DNA from: Candidatus Fraserbacteria bacterium
GTDB taxonomy: Bacteria; Bipolaricaulota; Bipolaricaulia; RBG-16-55-9
DNA: 10,726 nt
Assembly (NCBI GenBank): GCA_037443265.1
Contig: JBBIOR010000010.1
Coordinates: 1-10,726, forward strand
Direction of reading: 5' to 3'
In this document: positions 7,164 to 10,726 of the stretch, one piece after another
Layout: each line of letters opens with the position of its first letter
Numbering within the stretch: the first letter of the stretch is position 1
Notes under the pieces: model-generated
What the model saw: only the letters and a program-made list of their open reading frames with translations
Database searches by the model: none
What the model was told of the DNA's origin: nothing
Position numbers and translations under genes: made by a program

Positions 7164-8243
7164 TCAGGGGAGCACCCCTGCTTCCACTTTCAACACGGGC
7201 ATTCCCTCCCGATTGATGGCTATACTCACTTGGGCGCCCAAGTCTGGCAAAAGGAGCGCGGTTCCCCACCCGAAGAGCACTTGGTCGGGGCTGAGGGGAT
7301 CGCCTTCGCCCAACACCAGGCCCCCCTCGAAGAAGACTGAGCTTTTCATGCGCAGATGCACTGGAAACCAGCCCAGGACAGGTCCAAGCAGGCTGGTGAG
7401 GTCCAAAGAGCCAAGATAGCCGGAGAAGAGCTCAAAGCGCTGTTCGAGAGAGGCCAGAAGGAAACGATGCCCGGCGACAGCCTCGGGATAACTGCGAAGT
7501 CCGAGGTCGAACCGAAAGCCCTTCAAGCCGACCGGGTTATCCAGCTCGCCCAGTCGCAGTTCTAAGCTGGTCTGATCCACCCACACTCTTGAGGAACTGA
7601 AAAACGTCTGGAAGGGGCGCTCCGTGGCTTCGGGTTGGCCGTACAGGAACTCACCACGAGCCTCGAAGGTCGTCCCGAACGGCAGGGGCCAGTGGATGAA
7701 TCCGCGCAAGTGGAGGTATCCCACTTGAGGGCCCTCGGTTTCTCCTTCGCCGGGCCAGAGACGCCCAAGAAATCCCGTCCCTTCCAGTCGACTTTGCTTT
7801 AGGATCTCTGCCAAAAGTCCCCCTTCGGCATCCCCTAAGAGCCGCCTTAAGGCAATGAGATCGATGGTCAGATGCAGGCCCTGCTCCCCACTTCTTCCGA
7901 GAACCAGACTGGTGGGCCAGTCGCCGTAGGAGAAGCCGATCGCCTGGAGATATTGGATGCGGGTGCGGAAGCGCCCGGCTTGGCTGAGCAGGCCATAGGC
8001 TCCACCGGCCCTCAGCTCCCAGGCCCCAAAGGTCAGTTGAAGGTCAAGCCCGAGCAGCAGGCCGTCGATGCGGCTCTGAGCGATCACAGGGCGCAGCCTG
8101 GGACTGGCCTGCGGAGGGGGCTGTTGCAGCTGACCCCAACTGCTCTCCCCCAGCGTGACTATCCCGAGGAGGACCAGAACTAACCAGATGAATCGATCAC
8201 CCGTGTTGTTGGAGTTCTTCCAGCACGATCTCCCATTCGTCAT
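7164..8243 (-). CDS. exported beta-barrel protein, probable barrel-only Omp85-like paralogue (~359 aa; start uncertain)
   Basis: Hydrophobic signal stretch RFIWLVLVLLGIVTLGESSWG; alternating amphipathic strands; LRSY..GHRFLLASLEQRF..VFFEGG mirrors the LRGY..GSHLIAANLEYRF..LFLDVG block of the downstream gene; fills the gap between two co-oriented genes; nearest in-frame ATG is 8243. Confidence 0.68.
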   Translation of the reverse strand: MTNGRSCWKNSNNTGDRFIWLVLVLLGIVTLGESSWGQLQQPPPQASPRLRPVIAQSRIDGLLLGLDLQLTFGAWELRAGGAYGLLSQAGRFRTRIQYLQAIGFSYGDWPTSLVLGRSGEQGLHLTIDLIALRRLLGDAEGGLLAEILKQSRLEGTGFLGRLWPGEGETEGPQVGYLHLRGFIHWPLPFGTTFEARGEFLYGQPEATERPFQTFFSSSRVWVDQTSLELRLGELDNPVGLKGFRFDLGLRSYPEAVAGHRFLLASLEQRFELFSGYLGSLDLTSLLGPVLGWFPVHLRMKSSVFFEGGLVLGEGDPLSPDQVLFGWGTALLLPDLGAQVSIAINREGMPVLKVEAGVLP

Positions 8244-10101
8244 AGAGCTGCTCAAGGTTCTTCTTCGCCTCCTGGTAGGGACGACTGAGCTCGTGGATGC
8301 GCCGGTGATTCTGAGCGTAGCTGGCCGCTTGCATCTCTTGCTCGAGTTGCTCGATCTGCGCTTCCAAGGCGGCTACCGCCTGAGCCAGCTGCGCTTCTTT
8401 GGCTTCGAGCTTCTGGCGCCCCCTCTGTGGCTTCCTCTTACGGCGATCGGGCTTGGGTTGCTGCTGGGGGCATCGTGGGGCGCTGGGCTCTTCGGAGCGC
8501 TTGCGGAGATAATATTCATAATTGCCACGATAGGTGAGACACTCACCGTCGCGGATCTCCCAGATCTGCGTGGCCAGCGCGCGGATGAGATAGCGGTCGT
8601 GTGACACAAACAAGATCGTCCCTTCATAGTTCTGGAGCGCTGCTTGCAGGACTTCGCGGGAGCTTATGTCCAGATGATTCGTGGGCTCATCGAGGATCAG
8701 AAGATTTCCGCCCAGCTGAGCAAGTCTGGCCAGCGCCACCCGACTCCGCTCTCCACCGGAGAGCTCTGTGAGCCTCTTGAAGACATCGTCATCTGAGAAG
8801 AGAAAGCGCCCGAGGAAATGGCGCGCCTCGCTGATCGTCTGATGCTTAGCGGCCATGAGCGCCTCCAAGACTGTCCGGTCACTCTGGAAGCCCTCCCACT
8901 GGCTCTGACGAAAGTAGGAGAGCGTGACATGGTGTCCCCACTGGAGTGTTCCCTGCAAGGGCTCAAGCTCTCCGCCTAAAATGTTTAGAAAAGTCGTCTT
9001 GCCCGAGCCATTTTTGCCGATGAGTGCCACTCGCTCACCCCGCTCCACCGTGGCGGCTGGAAGCCGAAAGAGCACCGTCCTGTGGTCAGCTGCTGTTTCA
9101 TATCCTACGACGAGATCTTTCACCTCGAGGACCAGACGCCCACTGGGCTGACCCATTGGGATCGTAAAATGAATGGACTTTACCACCGGAGGCGGCTCGA
9201 CTCGCTCCAATCTCTCCAGCATCTTGCGGCGGGCCTTGGCTTGAGCCTCGCGGAAGCGTCCCCCCGCGATGTTCTTCCGGATGAACTCCTCCGTTTTTTT
9301 GATGAGTTCTTGCTGTTCTTCGTAGAGCTTCTGCTGGCGCGTGACTCGCTCCTCTTTGAGTGTGCGATATTTTGAATAATTGCCCGGATATTCTGTCAGT
9401 TGCCCCGCTTCCAGCTCCCAGATTCTCGCGGCCAGTTTGTCGATCATGTAGCGATCGTGAGAGGAGAAGATGAAGCCGCCCTTCCAGCCCGCGAGATATT
9501 CTTCCAGCCACTCCAGGGCCGCAAAATCCAGATGATTCGTAGGCTCGTCTAAGAGCAGGAGATCCGGTTCTTCTAGGAGCAGCTTGGCCAGAGCGGCGCG
9601 GGCTCGCTCACCGCCGCTGAGATGCGCTATGGGCTTCTGCTCATCACCCTCAGAAAAGCCAAGCCCAGAGAGCACCTTGTGGATCTGGCTCTCGTATTCG
9701 TAGCCTCCAGAGAGTCGGAAGGACTCCAAGAGTTCATCGTAGCGATGGAGCAGTGCCTCGTCGTCTCCCCGTTGGGTGAGCTCAGCTTCGAGGGCGCGCA
9801 GCTTCTGTTCTTTTTGGCGCAGCTCGCGCTTGGCGAAAAGCATCTCTTCATAGAGGGTAGCTGTGCTCAATAACTGCGGCTCTTGGGCGAGATAGCCGAT
9901 CTTGGCTGTGCTGGCCCGCTGGACTCTTCCATCGTTAGGCTCCTCCAGGCCTGCTAGGACTTTTAAAAGCGTAGATTTTCCGCAGCCGTTTGGGCCGATC
10001 AGGGCAATGCGATCCCCACGGGCCACTTGCAATGTGACGCCCTGGAGGACGAGGTCAGCTCCCAAGCGTTTCGTAAGCCCTTCCGCACGGATAATGGACA
10101 T
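8197..10101 (-). CDS. ABC-F family ribosome-associated ATPase (Uup/YheS/YdiF-like) with C-terminal coiled coil, 634 aa
   Basis: Two NBDs: GPNGCGKST / LSGGE / LLLLDEPTNHLD / SHDR and GKNGSGKTT / LSGGE / LILDEPTNHLD / SHDR; helical inter-domain linker after YPGNYS; no TM helices. Confidence 0.95.
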   Translation of the reverse strand: MSIIRAEGLTKRLGADLVLQGVTLQVARGDRIALIGPNGCGKSTLLKVLAGLEEPNDGRVQRASTAKIGYLAQEPQLLSTATLYEEMLFAKRELRQKEQKLRALEAELTQRGDDEALLHRYDELLESFRLSGGYEYESQIHKVLSGLGFSEGDEQKPIAHLSGGERARAALAKLLLEEPDLLLLDEPTNHLDFAALEWLEEYLAGWKGGFIFSSHDRYMIDKLAARIWELEAGQLTEYPGNYSKYRTLKEERVTRQQKLYEEQQELIKKTEEFIRKNIAGGRFREAQAKARRKMLERLERVEPPPVVKSIHFTIPMGQPSGRLVLEVKDLVVGYETAADHRTVLFRLPAATVERGERVALIGKNGSGKTTFLNILGGELEPLQGTLQWGHHVTLSYFRQSQWEGFQSDRTVLEALMAAKHQTISEARHFLGRFLFSDDDVFKRLTELSGGERSRVALARLAQLGGNLLILDEPTNHLDISSREVLQAALQNYEGTILFVSHDRYLIRALATQIWEIRDGECLTYRGNYEYYLRKRSEEPSAPRCPQQQPKPDRRKRKPQRGRQKLEAKEAQLAQAVAALEAQIEQLEQEMQAASYAQNHRRIHELSRPYQEAKKNLEQLYDEWEIVLEELQQHG

Positions 10102-10145
10102 GGCTCGTTCACACCCAGCAGCGGCCGAAAAGGTCGTGCCAATGA

Positions 10146-10174
10146 ATTGTAGGCCATTTCTCAGCGACGGGCAA
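10146..10174 (-). promoter_or_regulatory. sigma70-type promoter of the ABC-F operon (TTGCCC-17-TACAAT)
   Basis: Minus strand TTGCCC (10174-10169), 17-nt spacer, TACAAT (10151-10146), in the intergenic gap 44 nt before ATG 10101. Confidence 0.65.
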
Positions 10175-10186
10175 CCAGAGCGCAGT

Positions 10187-10501
10187 TTAATAGTGACCCA
10201 AGAGTCCGCGGTCGCGGGCCAGGCGCTCGAAGCACTTGAAGCCGAGAAAGCCCAGCGTGAAATACACAGCGGAATTGGCAGCCAGAAAGAGCAGATCGCC
10301 TGCGGGCATCGCCCAGATCGAGTCTCCGCCGATCATCACCCGCCCTAAGAGATGGGTCCCCCAACTCACAGGCGCGTACTTCAGAAGGGGAAAGTGCTCT
10401 AAGGGCGCAGCGATCAGCCCCAACCAGACAAATTGCAGAATCTGAAAAGCGGCCTGGACCTGCTTAAAGACTAAGGCCAGCCCGCCCATCAAGAACCCGA
10501 A
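10187..10501 (-). pseudogene. C-terminal fragment of an ABC-2 type exporter permease
   Basis: FGFLMGGLALVFKQ...FERLARDRGLLGHY: hydrophobic helices typical of the last part of an ABC-2 permease; N-terminal half absent and replaced in frame by ATPase sequence. Confidence 0.75.
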
Positions 10502-10726
10502 TTCGCCCTTTTTGGCTAGGTCTCTTAGGATGCGGCGCAGCTCGTAGCTCGTCTCCACGTCGAGTCCGAGCGTGGGCTCGTCTAAGAGCAGAATTTCCGT
10601 CTGCTTGACGAGGGCGCAGGCGACGGCCAGTCTAGCGCTTTGCGGGGGTGTCTTAAAGCGTTGATGCCGTCCACCCAGATCTTGCCTGAGGTGGGCCGGA
10701 TGAGCGAGCAGATGCCCTTGATGGTG
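10502..10726 (-). pseudogene. disrupted ABC transporter ATP-binding subunit (runs off window edge)
   Basis: Frame from 10725 reads TIKGICSLIRPTSGKIWVDGINALRHPRKAL (post-Walker A) and stops at 10584-10582; a shifted frame from 10633 reads RLAVACALVKQTEILLLDEPTLGLDVETSYELRRILRDLAKKG (Walker B/D-loop); Q-loop, signature and H-loop are missing. Confidence 0.8.

Noticed and set aside
7135..7269. 45-aa N-terminal extension of the 941-aa ORF
   Set aside because: Overlaps the upstream gene and would bury the signal peptide; AAGGAGG supports TTG 7134
8197..10101. Antibiotic-resistance ARE ABC-F or transporter ATPase call
   Set aside because: No obviously extended linker or attenuator leader; looks like a housekeeping ABC-F, and subfamily needs HMMs
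267..10445. Remaining short overlapping ORFs in the six-frame track
   Set aside because: Alternate-frame or antisense shadows of well-supported genes, as expected at this GC content
10633..10670. Programmed -1 frameshift restoring the ABC ATPase
   Set aside because: No X XXY YYZ slippery heptamer, and frameshifting would not restore the missing Q-loop and signature region

Overview
Bacterial chromosomal segment of moderately high GC with seven intact genes and one broken locus at the right edge. On the left, a strong sigma70-type promoter and a ~210-nt repeat-containing leader precede a RimK-like ATP-grasp ligase and a stand-alone tRNA-binding (Trbp111/MetG C-terminal-like) protein. Next come a FadF/HdrD-like membrane Fe-S oxidoreductase and a class I SAM methyltransferase, transcribed from back-to-back promoters. 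A minus-strand operon with its own promoter encodes an ABC-F ATPase, an apparently barrel-only Omp85-like protein, and a large Omp85-family protein carrying a degenerate (HExxH-less) peptidase-like domain plus TolB/PD40 propellers. The right edge is an ABC-2 exporter remnant whose ATPase is internally deleted, frameshifted and fused in frame to a permease C-terminus. The best candidates for something undescribed are the ABC-F/tandem-Omp85 operon and the leader at 35-249. All calls come from manual motif reading; no database searches or folding programs were run.
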